Shown: positions 56,901 through 64,000 of the stretch, piece after piece
Layout: every line of letters starts with the position of its first letter
Position numbering within the stretch: position 1 is the first letter of the stretch
Assembly: GCA_043808095.1 (NCBI GenBank)
Contig: JAZDFF010000024.1
Span: 7,868-71,867, forward strand
DNA length: 64,000 nt
Direction: 5' to 3'
Source: Candidatus Omnitrophota bacterium
GTDB taxonomy: Bacteria > Omnitrophota > Gorgyraeia > JAZDFF01
Position numbers and translations under genes: made by a program
Notes under the pieces: generated by a model
The model's input: the letters and a program-made list of their open reading frames with translations, nothing else
Databases searched by the model: none
Told to the model about the DNA's origin: nothing

Positions 56901-57492
56901 AGACACCCAGGGGGGTATTACCAAAATTATCCTTAAAATACGTCCGCTCGGTATCATAATGTTGCTGGGTTCCCATACCCGTAACACCGTCTTTGATCGT
57001 ATCACTGATTTCCATAAAGGTGTTGTACATCTCAATAAGATTGGCTATCTCACCTATAAGCGGAATTACCTCTCCTGCGACCTGACCGACAGCCCGGCCG
57101 GTTGCCTTAAGAGACTTGCCTACTACATCAGCTATACTATTGCCGACTTCCTGGGCGGTATTAGATGCGCCGAACCCATACTCCATGGCTATGTCAGAGG
57201 CCTGCTGGAATCTTTTCAACATTACATCCACGGCCTCATCAAAGCTCGGAAATGCAGACCAGTAGGATGAAGATGCCTCATTTAATCTGGACATATCTAT
57301 GAATGCCTTTTGCAGTTTTTGCAAATACAATTTATCCATCTCAGAAACCTGCGCGGCCAAATATTCGTTTGCCTGCGCCCTTACTTTAGCCGGGGCGCTA
57401 TCCCACCATTCAGCCCTGGCAATTTCGGGCCTTAAGATAAAAAATGCCGTCATAACGACTGCCAGGCATAAGACGAATTTCTGCTTAACCAT
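53920..57492 (-). CDS. large secreted multi-CARDB-domain protein (surface/adhesin-like)
   Basis: Signal peptide MVKQKFVLCLAVVMTAFFILRPEIARA. N-terminal helical region followed by at least 6 Ig-like repeats ending in ...E.NNH/..ETNNV (CARDB-type E.NE.NN blocks). Confidence 0.6.
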   Translation of the reverse strand: MVKQKFVLCLAVVMTAFFILRPEIARAEWWDSAPAKVRAQANEYLAAQVSEMDKLYLQKLQKAFIDMSRLNEASSSYWSAFPSFDEAVDVMLKRFQQASDIAMEYGFGASNTAQEVGNSIADVVGKSLKATGRAVGQVAGEVIPLIGEIANLIEMYNTFMEISDTIKDGVTGMGTQQHYDTERTYFKDNFGNTPLGVLEEAKKEFEMKITPEQVAGLKKFLKEKIKSYDEMMPKLTSLVNEYKDQKSDEEIVREFKAKMDKKLKERWYMVGTFELLRDNIEVAQYRDRIKEKRNWVGVILHKLLPITLQQVKINRAFCSGVLARVEMIPDPQVPKWPDLVVSSVEVTLPLNKKAEDLRIGDEVTVSAQIKNDSGLTSSPTSIKIGAVSDNNAFRPVGENLELPALSAGATHRIEVKAKLPFTSNRFLVRVNEDKRSYEWNYDNDEKYSEAINLNIAPDLTVAFNDLPQRIYAGKAVTISVRIKNIGYSEDLNPVAELLVNNAKVSEQRLGLNHYLKPNEEANLTFKWTPQDKGSYVLRCEVERGLRGKSDFNEKNNHAEARAEVLLPDYAWEIPVYSLMLSSDSPKIGEQLKFYFSVTNKGAKEDAIAKIFVDGELIKTVRLSVAPGENQGVGLGSSEPILWTVRGGTHTFKVVLEAGGQELVTAEKSISVGTLMPGVQGIDVVLDAASYGGVGPNITAKVYNRGSQTAKQLNLDALEYHSYTEKPVAGYSKNLGDIRSHELKVVKLDKELCNNCKMQLIVDKDNKIPETDEKNNTKDFHFGTYHAYEPPRNIRAEASDLIVADVVNLDRPLEVGETRAITIVIGNPNLVEAKNVRVEYEFWNLALNDVTAGHGYRKGAKVIPSVGQEGGASIIVDYKGVYPADYKLTVLVDPQGAIAETDEYNNKLEKYFNVSGEVTSQIYFSGKDADLSIDKDIKVSNKEPTTDLPVTFEVTVHNNCGITVWGADLDMLIDDELEAGQALGDFYANSERTVTFRHTFSKSGDCTVKFMVDAKKAIPEKDENNNAATVKIKVKPGILGTGYKDVAVTNFSLSKTSCLQGEPVTAQASVKNIGQDILRGVLCTIGPSGTKPVYVKVVPILDPGQEIKISATLPALIAGDHTIEARVDGKDIIKETNETNNVMTASLHVEKLTKEKLEQEAKQKVTGAIFEKIGQIQGAIDSWLRGLGKPK

Positions 57493-57650
57493 TTTTCCCC
57501 CTTTAATGAGCAGACAACTTACGCAGTGAAAGTGCGACGCCCTACTTCTGCTTTAGCTTCGGAGAATATCCACCGAAGTCTAAACGAAGGTGGACCTTGG
57601 CGAAGGAGAACGTAAGTCGTCGCTCCGACGATACGTCGGAGCGTCTGCGA

Positions 57651-57728
57651 ATTAATCCTCCGAAGCTCTACCATCTACCACCTGGGTAAAGAGCGTAGGA
57701 GGATAAAAAACCGTCCCCATTATTTCCG
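57651..57728. repeat. 78-bp direct repeat, copy 1 (second copy at 58381-58458)
   Basis: gaatt[a/g]atcctccgaagctctaccatctaccacctgggtaaagagcgtaggaggataaaaaaccgtccccattatttc is identical except 1 nt at the two sites, flanking gene 57720-58313. Confidence 0.85.
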
Positions 57729-58313
57729 CATCATCCCCCTACCGCCCATGCCCTTCATACCTTCCGTATCCTTCATCATCTTATTCATTTCTCTTCGCTG
57801 ATTCTGCATTTTCTTTTCCATATCTTTCCTTGCCTTCTCTGTCTTGGCCTGCACTTCTTCTTGCTTCTGCCGAAGCTGTTTCTTCGCCTGGTCCATTTCT
57901 GACTTTCTCTGCCTTACTGCCTCACGGACCTTCGCGGCCAAATCTTTACCCTTCAGGCCTTGAGCCTTTGCCCCAAGCGCAGCCTGAGAAACAACATTAC
58001 CAGCCTGCTTTGGCATTTCTCCGTTCTTAACCAGCTCATTCATGGAATTAGCAGCATTCTGTAAATCCGCTCCCTTAACGCCTTTTCCCGAAAGATCAAA
58101 GATAAACTTCTTTACTTCATCCTTAGTGGCTCCCCCGCCTAACATCTCCTTTACCGGCTTTTCCACTAAATCCAGATCCTGAGAAGATACTCCTTTTTTT
58201 TGAAGTTCTGTTTTCATTTGCGTAAAGGCGACATTAACATCTTCGGCATGAACAAAACCGGCAAAAAAACTAAAACAAGCCGCTAAAACCAACGCCCTCA
58301 ACAATATCCTCAT
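57720..58313 (-). CDS. secreted Lys/Gln-rich hypothetical protein
   Basis: Signal peptide MRILLRALVLAACFSFFAGFVHA, then a low-complexity K/Q/M-rich C-terminus. The ORF-track N-terminal extension (to 58406, ...INSPCCFVLL...) is translation of a repeat element also found at 36030-36100. Confidence 0.4.
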   Translation of the reverse strand: MRILLRALVLAACFSFFAGFVHAEDVNVAFTQMKTELQKKGVSSQDLDLVEKPVKEMLGGGATKDEVKKFIFDLSGKGVKGADLQNAANSMNELVKNGEMPKQAGNVVSQAALGAKAQGLKGKDLAAKVREAVRQRKSEMDQAKKQLRQKQEEVQAKTEKARKDMEKKMQNQRREMNKMMKDTEGMKGMGGRGMMRK

Positions 58314-58380
58314 ATTCTCCTCCTCAATGACCCCTGCCGTTTTGCTTCGCTTTTGCTTGAGCAAAACGAAGCAGCAGGGG

Positions 58381-58458
58381 GAATTGATCCTCCGAAGCTC
58401 TACCATCTACCACCTGGGTAAAGAGCGTAGGAGGATAAAAAACCGTCCCCATTATTTC
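58381..58458. repeat. 78-bp direct repeat, copy 2
   Basis: See copy 1. Immediately preceded by the shared element atgacccctgccgttttgcttcgcttttgcttgagcaaaacgaagcagcaggggg (also at 36030-36085). Confidence 0.85.
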
Positions 58459-58503
58459 ATTTGTTTTACAACCTTTTAAACTGCAAATTGCTGAGTAAAG
58501 CGC

Positions 58504-59004
58504 CTATGGATTTGTGTTTCGCCGTCGGAAAACTGGCTTCTTACTTTTACCAGACCTTCGGTTTCCGCCGCCCAGCTGTTTATAAAAATGGCGTCCTTGG
58601 GCAAAATCTCCTTCTCTGGGCCTATTATCGTATTTTCCTTTAAACGAGCCACCTTCATTGCGCTTTGAGAAACACTCTCTGCAATATACCGGACGGTCTG
58701 CGCTGGGCTTGAAAGGGACTTCGCATTCTTTCTTACAGTCTGCGCAAATCGCTTGGGTAAAGTTTCTTTCTCTGTAACTATTGTCTTGTCTTCCTTTGCC
58801 ATGACGGTAAGAGCGGTCGAAGGGTCGTGAAGGTTTTGAGAAATGCTTCTTCTCAAAAGGCCTTTCTGAAGACTGACTGACTAAGGTATCTATTTTTCCC
58901 TCCAAAGAAACCAACTGCTGTTGCATTGCATTAATTAGAGCTACTACATCCGGCTCAACTTGTGGTGGAACCGAAGGACTATCGTGTTTAAAATGTTTTT
59001 TCAT
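58504..59004 (-). CDS. hypothetical basic protein with CxxC-x17-CxxC zinc-ribbon motif
   Basis: CADCKKECEVPFKPSADRPVYCRECF. Highly basic, low-complexity C-terminus. Confidence 0.4.
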   Translation of the reverse strand: MKKHFKHDSPSVPPQVEPDVVALINAMQQQLVSLEGKIDTLVSQSSERPFEKKHFSKPSRPFDRSYRHGKGRQDNSYRERNFTQAICADCKKECEVPFKPSADRPVYCRECFSKRNEGGSFKGKYDNRPREGDFAQGRHFYKQLGGGNRRSGKSKKPVFRRRNTNP

Positions 59005-59224
59005 ATTGCTCCTTTTTAACCATTCTACCTCAAACAAAAAATAAAATCAAACCAACAAAAAAATATTATGTTGGAAAAACTGGCGTCAGAACTCGGGCCA
59101 TATTTACCTCAATCTTTTAATTAATTTTAGGCAGTTCTGAAATGAGATTTTCTTTTATCTTTTAACTTGCCTCTTCTTATTCTTTATAGTTTTGTTATCT
59201 AATCTATTGATTTTAGATATAAAT

Positions 59225-59668
59225 CTACTTCAACACCTCCAAAATATCATTCTCATCGGCTATTTGTAATCCCTTAATAATCTTATTCTGCCACTTTTTT
59301 AAAGGAACTGAATTGAAAACCTTCTTTATAATGCCTGTTTCGCCCTTATCAATCAGTGACTTTAATATTTCAATGGCAATATTTCTATCCTTAACCGCTT
59401 TATATTCTTTTTGCCTACGCTGAAAGATAATTAACTTATGTAAAGCGAAGTTAGCCGGATGAGGTAAAGTTACATAAAAATCTTCTACTTTTACCTTGAT
59501 AGTGTTTACAGACAGAAAACTCAAAAATCTCAGAGCAACTGCATTCATTCCTAATTTTGGCAAAGGGACAGGTTTATCTGTTCCCTTTCCTTTCTCCGGT
59601 ACTAAGAATTCAAGTAATAAATCCGGATGATCTAATTTAATATATCCCTTGTTTAAAGATTTAGGTTA
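59225..59668 (-). pseudogene. C-terminal fragment of a nucleotidyltransferase-fold (GSU2403-like) protein; no ATG start, begins right after an in-frame stop
   Basis: Open frame PKSLNKGYIKLDHPDLLLEFLVPEKGKGTDKPVPLPKLGMNAVALRFLSFLS...LPHPANFALHKLIIFQRR... resembles the C-terminal half of GSU2403-type nucleotidyltransferases. Only a TTG start is available. An HNH endonuclease gene occupies the position where the N-terminal half would be. Confidence 0.4.
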
Positions 59669-59706
59669 CGGATCTACAAAAAATGAAATTTAGCCGAGAA
59701 AAATAT

Positions 59707-60375
59707 TTAATACTGATCGTGTTTTTCTAAGTTACATCTTTCGCAAGATGTAATCAGATTGGATTCATTGTTATCTCCACCTTTGTCTAACGGTAGAATA
59801 TGGTCTATATGTAATTTTGCACCATCTTTTGGTGTTCTGCCACAATATTGACAAGTAAAAGCATCTCTTTGAAAAATATGGAATCTATTCACACTTTGTG
59901 ATGGTCTGGATGAAATCCTAAGAGAATATAGCAATGATTTTATTTTAGATAATTTTTTAATTAAATTTTTCCGTAATGCTATTCTTTCCTTTAAATCTTT
60001 CGGTACTTTCTTTCCATAATATTTAGTTTTTACCTTATTCCCTTCTCTGTAAGCGAGATAATAATAAAGCTTGCCTTTGATATCCTTCAATTGAAATGTT
60101 CCTTTAGGAGAAGCATTAATTGCCCTCTTTATATCTTTATAGTAATTAAGATAATAATTTCTCCATACTAAAAAAGACCTCTCCCAATTTTCAATAGCAT
60201 TCTTCTTAGCCATAATCTTACTATTGCTTTCCCATTTATCTGTTTTGTAATAACAGAAGACACAAATACCATTTGTTAAAAGGCAATCATTACTGAGATG
60301 TTCAAAACATTTTTTGCAGTATCCCATTATACTCCTGTATATTTTTATTATAACATAAAATAAATTAATTATCAA
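59707..60375 (-). mobile_element. HNH endonuclease gene with N-terminal Cys-rich zinc finger, in a very AT-rich islet
   Basis: C-terminal CQYCGRTPKDGAKLHIDHILPLDKGGDNNESNLITSCERCN is a canonical HNH motif. N-terminal CKKCFEH...CVFC. Region 59040-60480 is markedly more AT-rich than its surroundings. Confidence 0.7.
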
Positions 60376-60507
60376 ACAAATTTATATTTGTTGGTTAACA
60401 TATATCTACATTGGGCAAAATTCCCCGATTGGCGTTTAAATTTTATCCCTATTCTACGGTGTTTTTCGAATATCAGTCAGTTCTGACACGAGATTGTGTC
60501 CAGCGTC

Positions 60508-60924
60508 CTAATCGCCTATTATCTTGATTAAAACGCGCTTTTTACGCCGGCCGTCAAATTCTCCATAAAATATCTGTTCCCAGGGGCCGAAATCAAGCCT
60601 GCCGTTGGTAATTGCCACTACGGCCTCTCTACCCATTATTGTCCTTTTTAGATGGGCATCTGCGTTATCTTCTCCGCTAAGGTTGTGCCGGTATTTATCC
60701 TTGCCATACGGCGCAAACTCCTCCAGCCATGCGCTGAAATCATGATGCAGCCCCGGCTCATCATCGTTGATAAAAACCGAGCTGGTTATATGCATGGCAT
60801 TAACCAGACAAAACCCCTCCTTAACTGCGCTTTTCTTAACCGCCTCCTCTACCTGCGGGGTTATATTTATAAACTCCTGCCTGTTTTTTGTATTAAACCA
60901 TAAATATTGCGTGCAGGATTTCAT
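60508..60924 (-). CDS. yjbQ: YjbQ-family (UPF0047) secondary thiamine-phosphate synthase-like protein
   Basis: [25 protein letters not shown]...[38 protein letters not shown] matches YjbQ/UPF0047. 138 aa. Confidence 0.85.
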   Translation of the reverse strand: MKSCTQYLWFNTKNRQEFINITPQVEEAVKKSAVKEGFCLVNAMHITSSVFINDDEPGLHHDFSAWLEEFAPYGKDKYRHNLSGEDNADAHLKRTIMGREAVVAITNGRLDFGPWEQIFYGEFDGRRKKRVLIKIIGD

Positions 60925-60975
60925 TTCTCCGACATCCCGATCACCCCGGGCAAAAAGTGTTTGTCCCCGGAAGTT

Positions 60976-61632
60976 TTATAACCAGCCTTTGTCCTGCCAG
61001 TACTTGTACTCTTCTTTCCAATCCTCTTTTCTTAATTGCATTATTCTCTTAAAATGCTCTTTGCCGGCCTCGATGATTTTCATCTGATCAACAAATACAT
61101 TTTTATCCTTTATATCCCGGAGGATTTTTTTACCTAACTGATAAGCCTCCTCTGCCTTTTCCTTTATGGCATACGCAGAAGACGATACGCCTCCCGAATA
61201 CTGCGCACCGCAGGTATGAGCGTAATATTTTATATAATCCAGCACATCTTTATCCTGCCCGCTTCCCGAGGAGACAACGCCGGCAATGTATTTACCGAGG
61301 AGCCGTTTACAGTGGATAAAATGCGCCGAGCGGTCAAAGAGGGCCTTCATCGAGGCCGTAACCTGGTTTATATAATTAGGCGAGGCCAGGATTATTCCGT
61401 CAGCCTCAAGCATCTTTTCAAGAATTATTGAAATACCGTCTTTTAGCGAACAATTAAGAATCTTTTTATGGCAGGCCTCGCAATGCTGACAAAAATTTAT
61501 ATGATACTCTAATAAATGAATGACCTCGCATTTAGCGCCCTCATCAGAAAAGGCCTGCAAGACCTCCCCTGCCAGAAGAAAGGTCTGGCTTTTTTCTTTA
61601 TGGGGGCTGGAAGAGATAACCAAAATTTTCAT
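60976..61632 (-). CDS. flavodoxin-like NAD(P)H-dependent FMN reductase / iron-sulfur flavoprotein family
   Basis: MKILVISSSPHKEKSQT...IILASPNY flavodoxin-like fold motifs. Cys cluster CQHCEACHKK as in Isf-type proteins. Confidence 0.65.
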   Translation of the reverse strand: MKILVISSSPHKEKSQTFLLAGEVLQAFSDEGAKCEVIHLLEYHINFCQHCEACHKKILNCSLKDGISIILEKMLEADGIILASPNYINQVTASMKALFDRSAHFIHCKRLLGKYIAGVVSSGSGQDKDVLDYIKYYAHTCGAQYSGGVSSSAYAIKEKAEEAYQLGKKILRDIKDKNVFVDQMKIIEAGKEHFKRIMQLRKEDWKEEYKYWQDKGWL

Positions 61633-61771
61633 TTTAAAAAAGTGCGTGTCCCCGGAAATTTTACTGATTTATTCTGTATCTTTTTTAATATCAGTCAGTT
61701 ATCAAGTTCTGACACGGATTTTTCGGTTTTTTTTGACACGGTTTTTTCCCTATTTTTTCTCTGAAATAAAT

Positions 61772-62056
61772 TTATGCTAAAGAAGCTCGATGGGACAAGA
61801 TGTTCGCCCAGGTAAGCATAGATTCAGCCCAATCTGCGTCCATACGGACATCATGGGAGAGGCGCTTGAAGTCATTCTTGAACCATTCATAGGTGGGTGA
61901 AAAACGGAGCGATTTCGGGGCGGATTCCAAGGCCTTTAGATATTCTTGGGTCTGGGCCAAGAACTGTTCAACTCGCTCCTTGCGGCCTTCCATGGCCCAA
62001 GTGCACAGACGACCCAAGTTTACGGCGATATTCAAAGTTAATTCCTTAGCTGTCAT
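61772..62056 (-). CDS. hypothetical small protein
   Basis: 94-aa ORF. No homology recognised. Bounded on both sides by GC-rich repeat elements. Confidence 0.3.
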   Translation of the reverse strand: MTAKELTLNIAVNLGRLCTWAMEGRKERVEQFLAQTQEYLKALESAPKSLRFSPTYEWFKNDFKRLSHDVRMDADWAESMLTWANILSHRASLA

Positions 62057-62358
62057 AATCTACTCCAGTAATTAGAACTTCCGGATCTTTTTGGCACGGA
62101 TGATTAATAACATTTTTACAATATTATAGCATGGAATACCCCACAGGCAAGCCCATGTTACCTAAATTTACCCTCCTTCGCTGAAGAACTTTCGTCTTCA
62201 GCTTCGGCGGGTTATCCCCCTATTTCATATACGACTTGCCCTTTAGTGACATCCTCCGAAGCCCCGACGTATCTTCGGGGCGAAGGGGGATAAAATTAAA
62301 AATGTAGCCTAAATTATCTGTAAAAAGTGCGTGTCCCCGGAAATTTATTAAGATTCGT

Positions 62359-63453
62359 TTATTGCTTGCAGGTTTTGCCAACCAGATCTAAATAATCGTC
62401 TATGCGAATAGCTCCTTGGGGTATTTTGCAATCTGGATTAGTGTTCCCACCTCCGCCGATAGCCCAGGTATCTTCACAGAATTTACCTAAATCCTTCCCA
62501 TCAAAGGATTCTTTCCGAATGGCATATACTTCTCCGCCAGATTCACCAATGAGAAATTGATTGTTGTAAACAAATAAACCCTCATGGCGGCCAAAATCTC
62601 TATATCTTTTCATCACATCATAAATTATTGAGACCCTGTCATCGGGTTTAATTTCTTCAGAGCGTATATAATGATCGTATATTTGATTTTCCCGTTTCTG
62701 CTTTAGGGGCAGCTCGGTCAAGACTTTTTCCCTCTCATTAAAGTAGAGATTTTTCATATAATCCCATAAGCCATAAGCATAAAGTTTAACCCCTTTTCTA
62801 AAAATATATACCTTTAATTCATTGCCACTTAATTTAACATCATAGGATTCGTTATCTGCGCCTAAAAAGGAAATCCCTGATAACATGCTATTGCGGTCTC
62901 GTTGAGACCCTGAAACGGTACTTGTTATTTTTTTTATCTCGACTTTATTTTTTGTCTTCTCATCGACAATGGTTTTAATTTTCCCTTCACTGATATCCAT
63001 TAGATCTATCTCTTTGACAGAAAAAATATAGTAATATCCCTCTTGTGTAAAACTGATTGGTAACTTTTCGATGTTACCATCCTTTGTTATCACATATTCA
63101 TCTGTAACATGTTCTGGCATATAAGTCCCTTGGGGATGACGCATAAGAAATCTATCATTATAATAAAAGAGGTGATAGAATCCTGTGCTACTTATTCTAC
63201 AACCACTGCAATTCCAATCTTCGCATTTGCAATTTAAATAATCGGTAAATATCTTTAGTTTTTCCTTGAATTTTAAATATTTAGGAACTGATTCTTCTCC
63301 TGTTTCCCATTGCGGTCTTGGGGCATTCCTGTTGCACTCTTTTAATATGTCATCCGTAACATCGGCAAAGGATAAATTTAACCATAGAAATGAGGCAGAT
63401 ATTATTAAATAGCATATCCGCCTGTTATGTTTAATGCTCTTTATAAACTTCAT
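62359..63453 (-). CDS. hypothetical secreted Cys-containing protein
   Basis: Likely start MKFIKSIKHNRRICYLIISASFLWLNLSFA (signal peptide). No homology recognised. Confidence 0.4.
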   Translation of the reverse strand: MKFIKSIKHNRRICYLIISASFLWLNLSFADVTDDILKECNRNAPRPQWETGEESVPKYLKFKEKLKIFTDYLNCKCEDWNCSGCRISSTGFYHLFYYNDRFLMRHPQGTYMPEHVTDEYVITKDGNIEKLPISFTQEGYYYIFSVKEIDLMDISEGKIKTIVDEKTKNKVEIKKITSTVSGSQRDRNSMLSGISFLGADNESYDVKLSGNELKVYIFRKGVKLYAYGLWDYMKNLYFNEREKVLTELPLKQKRENQIYDHYIRSEEIKPDDRVSIIYDVMKRYRDFGRHEGLFVYNNQFLIGESGGEVYAIRKESFDGKDLGKFCEDTWAIGGGGNTNPDCKIPQGAIRIDDYLDLVGKTCKQ

Positions 63454-63634
63454 GTATCCTTTTGGGGATAATAGCTCCTTACCTTTCACGCTACACTTCC
63501 CGTCGCTCATTTCACTTTTCTCCTTTTTTACTTTTAAAGTATGGCAAAAAGTATGATGTTAGAATTCGGGACTTCGCGGGACTCCCTTCGGTCGCGAGTG
63601 ATCTAGAGAAAAAGTGCGTGTCCCCGGAATTAAA

Positions 63635-63991
63635 TTATTGCCTCGCTTTTAAAGCATTAATAAGGTTATATATAAAGTCTATAGCGACAATTAAGACAGG
63701 TATACTCCAGATCGCCTGTATGATAAGACGATTCTTAAGTATTAACTCGGCCGAATCAGGATTTCTAAAAATTACGCGACCAACAGTATTGAACATTAAT
63801 GCATTTATACCAGGAACCGAATAGAGAAGCGCAATAAGTAAAAAAGTATAAATAAATTTAGTTTTCGGATTAATATCCTCAGGCACAAATCTAAGGCCCC
63901 TGGTACCAAAAGATAAATCTGAACCAAAAGAAAATAAAGAAAAATTATAATTTTCAATAGCAAAAAATACACCTAAACCTATTAGAGCCAA
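63635..63991 (-). CDS. hypothetical membrane protein (may extend beyond window end)
   Basis: Three hydrophobic helices. ORF start sits within 10 nt of the window edge. Confidence 0.3.
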   Translation of the reverse strand: MALIGLGVFFAIENYNFSLFSFGSDLSFGTRGLRFVPEDINPKTKFIYTFLLIALLYSVPGINALMFNTVGRVIFRNPDSAELILKNRLIIQAIWSIPVLIVAIDFIYNLINALKARQ

Positions 63992-64000
63992 AAGTGTCTT

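Noticed and set aside
58476-58856. 126-aa ORF
   Set aside because: It overlaps the 58504-59004 zinc-ribbon protein gene in another frame. The latter has the CxxC...CxxC motif and a sensible start.
26480-63635. Possibility that the GC-rich repeats form a CRISPR array
   Set aside because: Copies are dispersed over about 37 kb between genes with irregular spacing. There are no uniform repeat/spacer units and no cas genes.

Overview
This is an AT-rich bacterial chromosomal window whose lineage I cannot determine from the sequence. Anaerobe-type content (radical SAM enzymes, a DUF362 ferredoxin, ack-pta) suggests an uncultivated-type genome. About 59 of 60 credible genes lie on the minus strand. 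No rRNA, tRNA or CRISPR array was recognised.

The layout, in window order:

- **1-4.9 kb, candidate peptide-modification cluster.** A PqqD/RRE protein (partial), a radical SAM/SPASM enzyme, a 65-aa Cys-rich peptide with a perfect Shine-Dalgarno site, a second radical SAM/SPASM enzyme fused to an HprK-like P-loop kinase, and a divergent PF14907-like nucleotidyltransferase. This is the most novel-looking system in the window.
- **4.9-26.5 kb, surface-glycan biosynthesis and export locus.** It contains an S24/S26-peptidase-like domain fused to a priming sugar-phosphate transferase and a GT2. Two giant multi-domain glycosyltransferases (1185 and 1552 aa) have coiled-coil repeats. The locus also has two SGNH hydrolases, a Wzm/Wzt ABC exporter, a Wzy/ligase-like protein and a UGM-like flavoenzyme. 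A WecA/MraY transferase, a GT4, an MBL hydrolase and a flippase-like protein complete it.
- **26.7-43 kb, housekeeping genes.** trxB, lipA, panD, ackA, pta plus a separate DRTGG protein, trxA, GMP synthase subunit B, a cyclophilin, TrpB2, an ECF sigma / anti-sigma pair, a HAD hydrolase, malQ, yajQ, an outer-membrane protein and a DUF362 ferredoxin.
- **43-58.4 kb, surface proteins and signalling.** CARDB-repeat secreted proteins in two paralogs, two CheY-like receivers with a PAS histidine kinase, purC, DUF2284 and a short pyruvate kinase.
- **59-60.4 kb, very AT-rich islet.** An HNH endonuclease sits beside a truncated nucleotidyltransferase-fold gene fragment.

Several families of non-coding elements are superimposed on this:

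- GC-rich hairpin-rich intergenic elements carry a conserved ~24-nt motif AAAAAGTGCGTGTCCCCGGAAWTT in at least 10 copies.
- An ~80-bp direct repeat flanks one gene.
- Phased arrays of ACGGAT half-sites and GTGATT-N17-GTGATT elements sit in promoter regions.
- Near-identical tandem 126-bp repeats lie inside the 1552-aa glycosyltransferase gene.
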